Part shown: in pieces, positions 12,000-25,740 of the stretch
Numbering within the stretch: the first letter of the stretch is position 1
Layout: each line of letters opens with the position of its first letter
Assembly (NCBI RefSeq): GCF_001194135.2
Contig: NC_068989.1
Coordinates: forward strand, 24,465,282-24,529,281
Direction: 5' to 3'
Origin: Octopus bimaculoides
Lineage: Eukaryota
Length of the DNA stretch: 64,000 nucleotides
Notes under the pieces: model-generated
What the model was told of the DNA's origin: nothing
Database searches by the model: none
Seen by the model: the letters and a program-made list of their open reading frames with translations, nothing else
Position numbers and translations under genes: made by a program

Positions 12000-14934
12000 A
12001 TCTATACTATAATGGAGAAAGCTACTTATTAATTAGGTAAGTAACAATTACTAAAAGTAGTAAAAGAAAGCAATTATTAAAGGATTAACCGTCTGGAAAC
12101 ATTTTTATAAATTTATGTTCTAAGAAATTTCCTATAATTTCGATTTCTCAAGTTTATTGAATTATTTTAACTCTGATTTCTCACAGATTTAAATATTCAT
12201 TGCATTCACTGCAAAGTGTTCCATTTTCATTTGCAAAGTCTCTCATTTTCTCTTTTAAGTCTTCATTTGCTATTTGGAAGACCGACTGTTTATTCTACTA
12301 TTGATTGAAAATTTTTTTTAAATACCCGTATAATTTTTGAATGTGGGGTAGCTGTGAGAAGAGCCTAGAAAGTTGGGCAATTACTATTAGAAGACCAGGA
12401 GAAAAAATAGTTACCGACAAGTACTCGAAACTTGCACCTTATTCACAGTTTCCAAACACTGTACCACTAAGCCAATAAATACACAAACAAATTGCACGAG
12501 CGACTTCAACAGTAACACACAACAAGACACACTCATGCACACACACAGATACACATACACACAAATGAAAGGCAATGAATGTGTGTGTGTGTGTGTGTGT
12601 GTGACAAAACTTTGTGCTGCATCACTTTTGTGAAGTTTTGTCAGTGAACAGGTTGTGGTTTCAAAGCGAAGAAAATATTTTGACACAAATGAAATTTTAA
12701 TGTTGAAGTGAAATTGGTACAACTTTAATACAAGTGTCATGTACAAAACATTTTGAATGTATGAACTTACACTAAAACTAACCCTTCCCTTCATATTGTT
12801 ACGTAGATGCATCGGGACCTCTGTATTTAAGTAGTGCCATGAAACTAAGGGTTTTTGTGTGTTCTTGAATGGCTTACAAACATCTTCTATGCTGCAATTG
12901 TTTTTGTTTCAGCACACAATCTCAGATCAAGTCACTTGCTGTGCAAGTACATCTCCATAATTTTTTTAAATCACTGGATAAATGCCAGCAATGACCTTCT
13001 CAGGCTCTCCAATATTTTAATTTCTAAACAAAGACAATCGGGGGCAAGGAGTGGGGTTACNNNNNNNNNNNNNNNNNNNNNNNNNNNNNNNNNNNNNNNN
13101 NNNNNNNNNNNNNNNNNNNNNNNNNNNNNNNNNNNNNNNNNNNNNNNNNNNNNNNNNNNNNNNNNNNNNNNNNNNNNNNNNNNNNNNNNNNNNNNNNNNN
13201 NNNNNNNNNNNNNNNNNNNNNNNNNNNNNNNNNNNNNNNNNNNNNNNNNNNNNNNNNNNNNNNNNNNNNNNNNNNNNNNNNNNNNNNNNNNNNNNNNNNN
13301 NNNNNNNNNNNNNNNNNNNNNNNNNNNNNNNNNNNNNNNNNNNNNNNNNNNNNNNNNNNNNNNNNNNNNNNNNNNNNNNNNNNNNNNNNNNNNNNNNNNN
13401 NTCTTCCCATAGTTTTGAAGCACCAAAAAAAATTGGCCAAAGTAAGTCTAGAGTGAGATGATGAGGGAGGGGGTGTAAAAAAATAGTTTTCAAAACATTT
13501 TTCATACAAAGATGCCCTCTCCACAACCCCATCATTTCGAAGGCTGTGGTTTAAAAAAAGGGGAGGAAATCCCTGAAAAAATTTTCCTCACAAATTTCTT
13601 TATAATCATAATCTATGCCATTTGAAAAGGATTTGTATAAATTTTCATTAAAAGATACCCATCTTCCTGAAAGCAATGAGGGGAAAAAAGTCAGATCGTG
13701 TGAATTTTCTAAAACTTCTCTCTACACCCCTCTAAAAAATTCTTTCTCATAAATCCCTATATACTCTAATGTCACAACATCTAAGCGGTATTTGTAGAAA
13801 GTTTTGTGAAGAAGTATTCGTTTTCTGGACATTTTGAGGCTAGAAAGTTGGGGGCATATACATCTGTAGTAATGCACTTTAATTTATATGATTTTTTTCA
13901 TTTCATGTTTATTTCACTCATTGTTTGCAATGTTCTCTCCCACCCTCTCTCTCTCACACACACACTGCAAAGCTTACAGATGAGCTGCTGAATTGAAATC
14001 GCTATGTTGCTTTGAAGGGAAGGTAAAATTTGACAAACGGCTTCTCCCTCTGTTGTTGGACTACCGTGATGTTTGTTTAAAAAGGAGAGATGACTGTGAT
14101 GAAATAATGAAAGCAATATTTACTAAGCAAGTGAGCACTATTATGCAAAGAAATAATTAGACATAAAATATAAAAATTATTATAATTGGGAATCAAATGT
14201 GAAAATATCAAGTGGCTAGCACACTATAACTTCATGACTGAAGATTTAAATAAAAAATTTCCAACATTTGTGGAGAATTCTCTAAGAATTTTGGAATTTT
14301 TGAAACCTTTTGGTATTTTCTGCATTGTCCCCAAAACTTACTCTTCAAGTATTTTGAGGTTTATGTAATCTATTAAAAACTCTCACCCTTTAACACTGTC
14401 TCATCTTTTCACTTTTTTTTTGTTTTCATTTTCTCAATTGTTACTTTTTCATTTTCTCCTGTCTTATATTCATTTTTATTAACTTATCTTAACTTGGCTT
14501 GGTGTCCCCTGTTTTTATTCAAATACAATATTTCATTCTCCTCTTTCATTTTCCCAACCTCTCTTACTGTTGTCTTTCTATACTAGAATGGGCCCTAAAG
14601 TTTTGAAAAGGACAGGACACATTGGATAATGTAATCCTAAGTATGCAATGCTTGAGAGAAGAGAGAGTGGTTATAACTGGAATACCTTTGACAAGGTGCT
14701 TTTAACATGGCACACCAGCCCTGGCAGGGTAACCAAGTAACTCACAAGACAAAGAATTATGAGAGGGGTAGGGTATTTGTGCCAGAGGATGAAAGTTAGA
14801 GTGTGACAAAGAGACAGAAGTAAGTGTCCTGCCACAACGGGGGGCATAAGAGGAAGTGATCCAGTATCAAATGATGAAAAGTTAGTATGTAACAGAGAAA
14901 TAGGTGTCTTGCCATAGAGGAGGTACATGGTTTT

Positions 14935-14965
<31 letters not shown>

Positions 14966-15009
14966 GAGAGAGAGAGATTATTTAAAAACAATGAATGCTG
15001 ATGGTAGAT

Positions 15010-15418
15010 GCCAGTTCTGCCTGACTGGTCCCATACTAGTGGCACATAAAATGCACCATTCGAGTGTGATCATTGCCAGTACTGCCTGACTGGCTCCTGT
15101 GCTAGTGGCACATAGAAAGCACCAATTGAGCATGGTCATTGCCAATGCTGCCTGACTGGCTCCTGTGCAGGTGGCACGTAAAAAGCACCGTTCAAGAATG
15201 GCCAATGCCAGTATCGCCTGACTGGCCCTCATGCTGGTGGAACGTAAAAAGCACCCACTACACTCTCAGAGTGGTTGGTGTCAGGAAGGGCATCCAGCTG
15301 TAGAAACTTTGCCAAATCAGATTGGAGCCTGGTGCAGCCTCCTGGCTTGCCAGCCCTCAGTCAAACCATCCAACCCATGCTAGCATGGAAAGTGGACGTT
15401 AAACGACAACGATGATGA
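15010..15418 (+). mobile_element. SINE/LINE-tail family C with four ~66-bp internal modules
   Basis: AAAAGCACCCACTACACTC...GGAAGGGCATCCAGC...CGTTAAACGA(TGA)n; other copies at 10397-10716(-), 35430-35588(-), 42182-42389, 57560-57844, 33340-33660 and 44740-45090. Confidence 0.88.
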
Positions 15419-17397
15419 TAATGTCTACATATACAAACACTACACAATATGTTATGAATCTCACCTATTCATATATACAAACTCACACACCCATACATCC
15501 ACACATATATATACATATCCATATATCCACACCCACACCTATGAACATGTAGTCCACATAAACTAAGATATAGACATATATACAGCTATATATCCTGATA
15601 TACATACACACATATGAAAATTTAGTTCACACAATATACACATAGATGTAAATATATGCATATATACTCACAATCATATGCTTGGCTGAAATGCATAAAT
15701 AAATAAAAATATATACTCATAAACACATACACCCAGACTAACATATATACATAATGAGCTTCACATAAGTACATAGTGACACTTATATGGTAAGCTGACA
15801 GCCACATGCATTCAAAGTCATGTACATTTATAAGTAAACAGTGGGAGTGGGGGTAGGCATAACGTTTTTGAAAGATGGATACTGTGTATAACTTACATTA
15901 AGATTTAGAACATTTACTATAATTATTATTATTAATATACCCTAAACCATATAAAATAATAGATTAACATTTCAAGCTATATATTATCATATAAACGTAG
16001 AAGCATATGAAAAACCTTACTGTCCTACTCTAACACAAAACATAAGAGAATTAATTTAATCTAATTTGTATTTGTTTAACCTATATAATATACAGGATGG
16101 TGTAGAAGAGAGAAACATTAAACATTAAACTGCCTCAGAATTGCTCTGACACAGTCAGAAATTTCAGTTGTTGATTGGGAGAGGGAAGCATAAGACTGAG
16201 ATGGGCTTCTTTCTGTCTGCTAAATCCACCCACAAAACTTTGGTTGGCCAGAGGCTACAGTAGAAGACATTTGCCTAGAACCCAGAACCATGTGGTTGAG
16301 AAGCAAGCTTCTTACTACACAACCACACCTGTTCATTTAATGTCCATTTTTCCATGCTAGCATGAGTTGGATAGGTATTTAGTTGAAGTAAATTTTTACA
16401 GTTGGATGCTTTTGCCCTTTCCATCTCTTACATTTAAGGGAGTTTTTTTTTATGGTATGCAGGTATTTTGAAAATACCTCACAGAGTGAAGACTGTGCTC
16501 TGCATAGTTACAAGTTGCTTTTGGCAATGAGTAACATCCATTCAGTCACCTTACCAGGCAAAGTCATGGGACCACAGCATGGCAGATTGTGAAGAGGTTG
16601 CAGAAGAGATCAACTGAGCCAACAGTGCTTCTTACATTGATGTTAAGTGGAGGAATCCCTGAAGATCAATAGTCAGACTCACCAAGCTCTATCAAGAGAG
16701 TAACTGTAATGCAACCATAGGAGTGGTGTCCATGGTTGTGTAATCAGCTAATGAAAAATTCATAATAATGGAATTGGATGGTAACAGAGAGCCATGAGAA
16801 TTTGCAAAAGCAGAGCAACGAGGAAGAAGAGAGTTTTAATTCTGCTAACCTTTGAAAGCACAGAGAAACCTGTCATAGCATCATCAATAAATGTTGACAA
16901 TATGATATTTCCTGTTTCACTCATGCAAAGCTATACGATGTCAATACTTGTGAACACACAGACATGAATGGCTTCCTACAGTTTCCATGCACCAAATTAA
17001 TTCACACACTATTGGTTGACCAGGGGCTATAATAGAAGACACTTATTTAAGAGGATGTTCAGTAGGATTGAACCTGAAACCACATGGTTGTGAAACAAAC
17101 TTCTTAGCCAAACAGCCATGCTGGTACTTATATAAATATGAATCATTTTGAACAATGAAAGACATCCATAGGAGAGTATTTTGTGGTACTTAGTTCAATG
17201 TGCTTATATTCTGAGTTCAAATCTTACCAAAGTTGATTTTACTATTCACACCAGCAGCATTGATAAAAATACATAGATAAAACAATATCAGTCATATGCT
17301 GGGGGTACTGATGGGTTTTATTCAGTTGATCTTATATGCTTTCGTAAAAAAACCCCGACCTTTTTCATTCCCCTCACCTTCTTAAAAATGAGGGAAT

Positions 17398-18440
17398 ATG
17401 AATTCAGTGTACAGGTAGGAGTTCACCAACGATCAGTTCTCAGCCCCTCTTGTTTATCTTAGTCATCCAGGCCTTAACAGAGGAATTCAAGACTTGCTGT
17501 TCCTGGGAGCTTCTCTACACTAATGACCTTGTTCTTATAGCTGAATCACTATCTGACCTAGAGAAGAAGTTTCAGATGTGGAAGCAAAGTCTGGAATCTA
17601 AGGGCCTTAGAGTTAATTTAGCAAAAACTAAAGTCCATGTAGGAAAGCAGACAAATCACAAGTCACTTTAGGGAGATGTCCCTGCTTGATTTGTAAGAAG
17701 GGTGTTGGTAGAAACTCCATATGTTGTACCCAGTGCAAACTTTGGACATATAAGAGGTGCAGTGGTATCACAAGAAGGTTAATGGAGAAAATAGTCTTTG
17801 TGTGTGGCAAATGTGAAGGTACAATAAGCACTAAAAATGTACAGGTAACAGACTCCCTCAAATGCTTGGGGAGATTATTAGAAGATAGCTTCTGTTACCT
17901 AGGTGACCAAGTTAGCAGTGGAAGAAGTTCTGGAAGTTTTAGCTGCTAGAATAAGAACAGACTGGGTAAAGTTCAGAGAGCTTCTACCTTTGTTGGTAAC
18001 AAAGGGCCTCTCCCTCAAAGTGAAAGATAGATTGTATGATGCCTGTGCATATACAGCTATGCTACATGACAGTGAAAAATGGGCTTTGACTATAGAGAAG
18101 TTGCGAAGGCTTGGAAGAAATGAAGCTAGCATGCTCTGCTGGATGGGTAATGTCAGTGTGAACATATGACAGAGTGTAAATAATTTAAGAAGACTGGGTA
18201 TAAGAGGATTGTGTGCAAGGGAGAAGACTGTGCTGGTTTGGTCATGTGATGTGTATGGATAAGGACAGCTGAGCTCTAATGGTGGAGGGGAACATGTGGA
18301 AGGGATAGACCCAGAAAGATATAGGATGAAGTGGTGGGAAAGGATCCTTTGACACTGGATTTCACTGAGGAAATGACAAGGGACCAGGAGTTGTGGCAAT
18401 TTGTGATACTTGGGAAGACGCATCAAGCTAAGTAAAATCA
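17398..18440 (+). mobile_element. RTE-like LINE, 3' RT fragment, decayed
   Basis: VGVHQRSVLSPLLFILV...WELLYTNDLVLIAES...GLRVNLAKTK; CxxC-rich insert; KDRLYDAC...MLHDSE. Confidence 0.88.
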
Positions 18441-18770
18441 TTATCATCCATACAGGGGCTGATGCCACATAAATTGCACTTGTACCGGTGCTGCATAAAT
18501 ACACTTGTGCCCATGACACATAAAAAGCACCTAGTATACTCTGTAAAGTGGTTGGCATTATAGGAAGGGCATCCAGCTGTAGAAACCACAGACAACTGGA
18601 GTCTGGACCCATCCCACCAGCTGACCAGTTCCTGTCAAACCATCCAACTTATGCCAGCATGGAAAACGGACATTAGACAATCATGATGATTAAATGTATA
18701 AAAAAAATTATCCCAGCTGGGAAAGAAACAGAAGAAGAAGGAGGAGGAGAAGAAAAGGACTACTAGTTAC

Positions 18771-18988
18771 CTGTATTTTATTACTGCCGACATAGAGGCG
18801 TTGCAACTTGGTCAGTTGGCCCAATGCAGCCAGACTGACCAGACGATTTTCTTCCAAGTGCAGCTCCAGAAGATTCAGTTGACCAGAGAAGGACTGTGGA
18901 CTCAATGTTCGAATTTTGTTAGCATCCAGAATTAACTCAGAGAGGTTCGTTAACTGTTCAATGCCATCAACTTTCATAATCTCGTTAC
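18771..18988 (-). CDS. LRRC9: LRRC9 exon (LRRs)
   Basis: acacag/gtaact; 218 nt (G)NEIMKVDGIEQLTNLSELILDANKIRTLSPQSFSGQLNLLELHLEENRLVSLAALGQLTKLQRLYVGSNKIQ. Confidence 0.94.
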
Positions 18989-19456
18989 CTGTGTTTTTTT
19001 TTTTGTTTTTGTGCAAGAATAGCATAAAAAAAACAGGGATTTTCAAAATGGTCATATATTACGGATTTAAGAGACTCAATAATTAACAAGTTATTTTTAG
19101 CAATAGCTAATTAGCTGCAAAGTTGAGCGGAGCTGTTTACTTTACCTTGACATTGTGTTATTCCACAATATTTGATATTTATCCACAGGGCAATCAAAAT
19201 ACACACACACATGTGCACACTAACACATGCACACATACATACACTTTCTCTCTCTCTCTCCCTCTCATGTTGACACACACATACTCTCCCATACATTCAT
19301 ACATACACATACATGTAAACTCCCTCCCTCACTCTGTCAGTCTCTCTCTCTCTCTCACACACACACACCACTCCCCACTACACAAATGTACACATGCATC
19401 ACATACATATATGCATTTTCACTTGAAATGAGAAATCTGAAAAGTGTAAGACTGAC

Positions 19457-19530
19457 CTTGTAAGAAAAGTGCTCGGAGAGATGGAAGACGGAACAGCTGC
19501 AGCTGGGCCAAACTTTTTATCTCATTGTAC
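19457..19530 (-). CDS. LRRC9: LRRC9 exon (LRR)
   Basis: ccacag/gtcagt; 74 nt (1+72+1) YNEIKSLAQLQLFRLPSLRALFLQ. Confidence 0.93.
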
Positions 19531-20732
19531 CTGTGGTGAAATAGTAAGTAAAGTAATGGGTTTAGGTGAGTACTGCCACATTACTCAAGATTTGTGTTTG
19601 AATGAATCATATTGTAATTGACTTCTGTTGGTTTTTCAAAGATATCTTAATCTGCACTGGATAAACCTTATCCATCATCTAAACCTTTCTAAGACGATCT
19701 ATGCCCAAGTTTATTTGCCCTCCTCTGGTGCTCTTAACATGCTTACTGTTTCACAAAACCTTACACCACTAAAATTTTATCCTTTGCCTCAAAGCTACTG
19801 CACACCAACACATATTACGGTCCATGTTTTCCTTGTAGGCAGCAACCTGCTGAAATGAAATTCAAGCTGAACATCAATTGTATTGATCTCAGGTATCTGG
19901 AATTGGCTTGAGAAAGCTAACGGCAATGGACACTGCTAAAATATGAAAGCGACATATTTATTCACAGTTAACCAACCAATCAGCTTGTTCAGTGCTTAGA
20001 TGTAAAAGAGACAAAATCTGGTTTTGTAGATTCATAACACGATGTAACACGATTCTTGTCCTTGGGTAACAACTGTTATTTCCTATTTGCTTACCCCTAA
20101 AAAGTATGAAAAATGGCTAATATTTCCTTCAAACTTTGCTTTTGTTACATTTATTCAAACCCCAAAGAATCCCTCTCAACATATGGCTATGGTGCTCCCC
20201 CACTACTCCTGCTCATGATCAGAGATGCACATATTGTCAGCCACTAAGGGACATGCTCAAGTGGTTAAAGTCAAGCAACTGACAAGCAAATCTATGGTAC
20301 TGAAGAGAATATTTGTAATAATGATATTTCTGCTTCAGCATCTCATCACTGACTCTGTCTGAAATGTAATGGAGAGTAGGTCAGTTTCAAAATATTGATG
20401 TTCAGGTTACAAAAGCAAAGCTGGAAGAGAATAGTTGTCATTTCCTTTGATTTCTAGTTAGAAACAAACAGGAAATAACACTTACTGACCAAAGAAAAAT
20501 AAATTGTTACACAGCGTAATTCACAGTTTTAATTCAAATAAGCAACAATCACGTCCCAGAACCAATAAGAAGGTTGATTCCCAGCAATTAGATTACATTA
20601 AATTATCACTGGTCGTACAGACTCATAGTACATAAGTAACCATGAAAAATCTGTGATATACATTTAGCAAAGCAGAATTGATTACAATAACTAGTGGCTA
20701 ATATGCTTGTTATAAATGCTCTTGTTGTCCAA

Positions 20733-21115
20733 TTGTTGGCACTCCGTCGCCTACGACGTCGAGGGTTCCAGTTGATTCGATCAACGGAACAGCCTGCTCG
20801 TGAAATTAACGTGCAAGTGGCTGAGCACTCCACTGACACGTGTACCCTTAACATAGTTCTTGGGGATATTCAGCGTGACACAGTGTGACAAGGCTGACCC
20901 TTTGAATTACAGGCACAACAGAAACAGGAAGTAAGAGTGAGAGAAAGTTGTGGTGAAAGAGTACAGCAGGGTTTGCCACCATCCCCTGCCGGAGCCTCGT
21001 GGAGCTTTAGGTGTTTTCGCTCAATAAACACTCACAACGCCCGGTCTGAGAATCGAAACTGCGATCCTATGACCGCGAGTCTGCTGCTCTAACCACTGGG
21101 CCATTGCGCTTCCAC
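20733..21115 (-). mobile_element. tRNA-derived SINE, family A
   Basis: near-identical to 60186-60569 in reverse; 11-bp TSD TGTTGTCCAAT. Confidence 0.93.
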
Positions 21116-21589
21116 TGTTGTCCAATATATAAATATAAAGTGTAAAAAAAAAACAAAAGAAATCCATTCTCCAGTCACTATAATTTTTTGCATAGTTTTA
21201 TTTTCCCTAATGATCCTTAATTTGTTAAAACTCATTTTTGACTTTTGTTTAGCCACAGTCCATTGGTAAAGCAGGGCTGTTCCATTTTATAAAAAGTAAC
21301 TTTCAAGGCAAATATCATGTGGTGATTGTTAATGAGCATCACCATCATACTTTTGCTGTTGTTCCTTTCCAATCTTGAAAATCATGTCTTGCCAAGAGGA
21401 AATATTACCTTGTTTAAAAACAGGTGAAGGTTGGCAGCAGGAGGGGTATCCAGCCGTAGAAAATCAACCTCAACAAATTCTGCTCAACACATGTAAGCAT
21501 GGTAAAGTGAATGTTAAAATGATGTTCATGATGATATATGTATGCATGAGAGAGTGAGAAAGAGTGATAAATTATCAAAGAAAGCTCAC

Positions 21590-21762
21590 CCAAGATGTAA
21601 AATTTCTAATTTCTTCAGATATGTACTTTCTTCTTCAGAACTACATGAGAGATTTCCATAAGTATCTTCAGTACTGTCAGTCTTTTGTTTATTTTTATTT
21701 GGATTGAATTTGGGTGAAGGGGATACAATACACTCCACCCTGTTGTTGTTTAAACACAATAC
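21590..21762 (-). CDS. LRRC9: LRRC9 exon (LRR with insert)
   Basis: ccacag/gtgagc; 173 nt VLCLNNNRVECIVSPSPKF...STYLKKLEILHL+GG. Confidence 0.92.
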
Positions 21763-22101
21763 CTGTGGGTTAATTAAATAGAATATAACACAGAACATAA
21801 CAAGTGATAGGTAAACTGAGCCAAAGGTGGGGGCAAACTCTATACCAGTAATTACTATTCTTTTATTCTTTGACTTGTTTTCGTCATTTTAACTGTGGCC
21901 ATGTTGGAGCACCACCTTTAGTCAAACAAACCGACTCCAGGACTTATTCTTTATAAGCCTAGAACTTATTCTATTGGTCTCTTTTGCCAAACTGCTAAGT
22001 CACAGGGACATAAACATACCAACACTGGTTGTCAAGCGATGGTGGGAGGACAAACACAAATACATACATACACACACACATACATACATATATATACACA
22101 T

Positions 22102-22135
<34 letters not shown>

Positions 22136-23267
22136 CCTATTTTTATCCTATTTTGAATTTATTAATTATATATATCTACGTCGGGCTTCTTTCAGTTTCC
22201 ATCTACCAAATCCACTGACAAGCTTCGGTTGGCCTGAGGCTATAGTAGAAGACACTAGCCCAAGGTACAATGCAGTGGGACTGAACCCGGAATTATGTGG
22301 TTGGGAAGGAAGCTTCTTACCACTCCTCTGCCTAAAGAATTGTTTAAAAAATCATGGCAGACTTTAACCCTTTAATTGTGAAATTAACTTTCATGGTTAT
22401 TCTTTTAATGATGTTAAATATCTATCAAAAACTAGAATTGATATTTTCTGCATTTGCTTCAATAAACTTGACACTAAATGACAATAAGAAAAACACAACA
22501 ATAAAATATGTATAACAATAAACAAAAAGACACAAAGCTAAACAGTTCCACAATTATTAAGAAAAAAAAAAAACTATAAGAAATGATATTCTTTAGCCCC
22601 AGGTTAATCCTACCTGGGCATATCTTTGGTCAAAGGCATTTGATCATAATTCATTTAGTTTTGTTCATTGGAGTTATTGTTTTCAGACACAGTATATCTA
22701 GGATTGCGATAGTCAATGTGCTCTCATCTGTTTTGTCACCAGCTGATCCTTTTGTGCCTGAGTACGGAATATTTTGGCTCAGCTGCTTTGGCCCTGTCTA
22801 TTTGGCATCACTGTTTCAATACTGTGCTTTCCAGAACCTTGGTACTGTGAAAATTTTGTCTTCATGCTAGTTGACTTCTAACTTGTTATCACAACTACTA
22901 AACTACTTGACTACTAAAATTCTCTTTATGTATATGATAGCTGCTCAGATATTGATAAAATGGGGACAAGAAAAATTTTCTCTCAATGGATTTTTTGTAT
23001 ATCTTTGACAAAGCAGACCAGATTGTGAATTTAAATTTTGGTGCTGTGAACAGAAAAACCTGAGATAGAAAGCAAGAAAGAGGGAGGAAGGGAGAGAAAA
23101 AGAGGGAGGAAAGAATAGAGAGGGGGAGAAAAACAGTAAAATATATTACATGACCCCAATTGCAACAAATGCATCTCTCTCTCTCTCTCTCTCCTCACTC
23201 TCTCTCTCCCCACTCTCTCTCTCTCCCCACTCTCTCGGTTTATGTGTTGTATTTTCTTTATGTGCAT

Positions 23268-23651
23268 AGGCGCAGGAGTGGCTGTGTGGTAAGTAGCTTG
23301 CTTACCAACCACATGGTTCCAGGTTCGTTCCCATTACGTGGCACCTTGGGCAAATGTTTCTACTATAGCCTCGGGGCGACCAAAGCCTTGTGAGTGGATT
23401 TGGTAGGCGGAAACTGAAAGAAGCCCGTCATATATATGTATGTGTGTGTGTTTGTGTGTCTGTGTTTGTCCCCACCAACATCGCTTGACAACTGATGCTG
23501 GTGTGTTTACGTCCCTGTAACTTAGCAGTTTGGCAAAAGAGACCGATAGAATAAGTACTATGCTTACAAAGAATAAGTTCTGGGGTCGATTTGCTCGACT
23601 AAAGGCGGTGCTCCAGCATGGCCACAGTCAAATGACTGAAACAAGTAAAAG
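23268..23651 (+). mobile_element. SINE family B (tRNA-like head, internal TA/TG tract)
   Basis: AGGCGCAGGAGTGGCTGTGTGGTAAG...CCACAGTCAAATGACTGAAACAAG; other copies at ~1-290, 3977-4340(-), 21861-22334(-), and partials near 16190, 40930, 43170, 51580 and 57220. Confidence 0.88.
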
Positions 23652-23924
23652 NNNNNNNNNNNNNNNNNNNNNNNNNNNNNNNNNNNNNNNNNNNNNNNNN
23701 NNNNNNNNNNNNNNNNNNNNNNNNNNNNNNNNNNNNNNNNNNNNNNNNNNNNNNNNNNNNNNNNNNNNNNNNNNNNNNNNNNNNNNNNNNNNNNNNNNNN
23801 NNNNNNNNNNNNNNNNNNNNNNNNNNNNNNNNNNNNNNNNNNNNNNNNNNNNNNNNNNNNNNNNNNNNNNNNNNNNNNNNNNNNNNNNNNNNNNNNNNNN
23901 NNNNNNNNNNNNNNNNNNNNNNNN

Positions 23925-24066
23925 AGCAATCTTGCTCTTTCTCTTTCAATTTTTCTGAGTGAGCATATATGTAGCAATCTTGCTCTTTCTCTTTCAATTT
24001 TTCTGAGTGAGCATATATGTAGCAATCTTGCACTTTCTCTTTCAATTTTTCTGAGTGAGCATATGT
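23925..24066. repeat. 48-bp tandem repeat, 3 copies, abutting an N gap
   Basis: units start at 23925, 23973 and 24021 (AGCAATCTTGCTCTTTCTCTTTCAATTTTTCTGAGTGAGCATATATGT). Confidence 0.95.
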
Positions 24067-24614
24067 TTCTTTCTGTGTATAAGGAGAGAAGGAGTGTTTA
24101 TATCAGTCAAGTACAATTGATACACTGGAATGTCTGTTTGTTCGTCTGCGCATATTTTTCTGTGTGTGTGTGTGTGTGTGTTTGTCTCCAGTGTCAAAGA
24201 GTATTGTCACCAAAAAAGCCATTCCAAAACAGATTCAATGTCCAGTGAGCCATTCCAAATCACCACCATCCAAACAGCTGTACTCAATCATCCAATTTCG
24301 AGGGTATCTTTAGTAAAGTCCACCCTGCTATAAGTAGAGAGTCTCTGCTTTGATACCAGCTTCCTTCTTTCATTCCATCAAACTCAGAGGCCTTGAGCAA
24401 GGTCATATAAGCTACTTTTCCTCATGTAAAACAAGAAGGGAAATAAATGGAAGGGTGTGATTTGTGGGACACTTGACTGCTGTTACTAACAGATCAAGTA
24501 ACTATGTATTGAATATCTTATTGCTGTTGTTATTATAATAACCACAGGATAACCTTGATAACATTCAATCTGTGATTATACTGTCCTATATTTATTTGGT
24601 GGAATTCTGGTTTT

Positions 24615-25126
24615 AGCACTCCATATAACCCCTCATAGCATTTTTTATTTTTGGAAATTTTCAGAAAGCTTTTATGAATTTGTCTTCTACACATGGGAAT
24701 TCATACAATTATGAAACACAAAAAAAGTATTTTTTTGTCTGTGATTTAAGGGCGATTTAGTTGTTGTTTTTAGCACATCTCATGACCACCTGATACCTTT
24801 TTTTTGTCAATCTGACATGTATTGATGCTTTTTAATATTTTTTGCTCCATAAACACATTTAATGGAATGAAGATGTACCCAAGGATGATCCATTGCTGGG
24901 ATTTAAGTAAAAAAATTGGACTATCTCTATTTTACACTCTGATTTAAAACAAAATTTGAAAAAAAGTGGAAACTTTAGGATTTAAGGTGGGGGTGGGGAT
25001 TAATAAAAAAAAAACACATTTTTTTTTCATAATTGTATGAATTCCCATGTATAGAACACAAATTCGCAAAAAAATTCTGAAAATTCCAAAAAATAAAAAA
25101 AGTTATGAGGGATTATATAGTATGCT
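24615..25126. mobile_element. MITE with ~120-bp imperfect TIRs
   Basis: 24615-~24735 is inverted relative to ~25010-25126 (e.g. ATGGGAATTCATACAATTATGAAA / TTTCATAATTGTATGAATTCCCAT); no TSD resolved. Confidence 0.7.
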
Positions 25127-25567
25127 TAGACAAGAATTCTGCATTTTTGTTTTTTGCAAGCAATGTGCATTAAGGACTGCATTATCCAGTGTAAACTTCT
25201 CCTTTTTGTAGGGTTTGACTTGAAAGAGTTTTGGCTGCTATTTCTTGAAGATTGATAGAAACTCTCCTTATGGCTTCAATTTGTGCATGTTCCCAGGTCA
25301 TGTCTACTTGAAGAGATATATATAATTGAAGACATTCCAGCCATGCCCTTTCTGGTTTAGTTTTATTAGAGTGTATCTAGGACCATATTATTTAATGCAT
25401 TCTTTGTTTTTAAAATGGTAAGGAGTGACTGGTGATAGATTTGGCTGCTTTTTCTAGAAGCTTGTGGGACTGCATAGAAGATCCAGGCTCCCTTGTTGAC
25501 TTTTGGGGCTAGCACAAACAAGAAAAGAATTTACTGTTGCTAATAAACAAATTTACTGTTGTCTTAC

Positions 25568-25631
25568 CTTCAGGTTATCTAAATATATTAGACCGCAGAA
25601 AGAAGTCAAGCAATTGTTTTCAAGGTTGATA
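25568..25631 (-). CDS. LRRC9: LRRC9 exon (LRR)
   Basis: caacag/gtaaga; 64 nt (1+63) INLENNCLTSFCGLIYLDNLK. Confidence 0.93.
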
Positions 25632-25700
25632 CTGTTGAAGAAAGAAACAATGATATATAACTATGTTTATCAGTATCAGTATATATTGTAAAGCTGAGTT

Positions 25701-25740
<40 letters not shown>

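Noticed and set aside
15010-15260. CRISPR-like array
   Set aside because: A degenerate tandem module with no unique spacers, inside a eukaryotic retroposon family.
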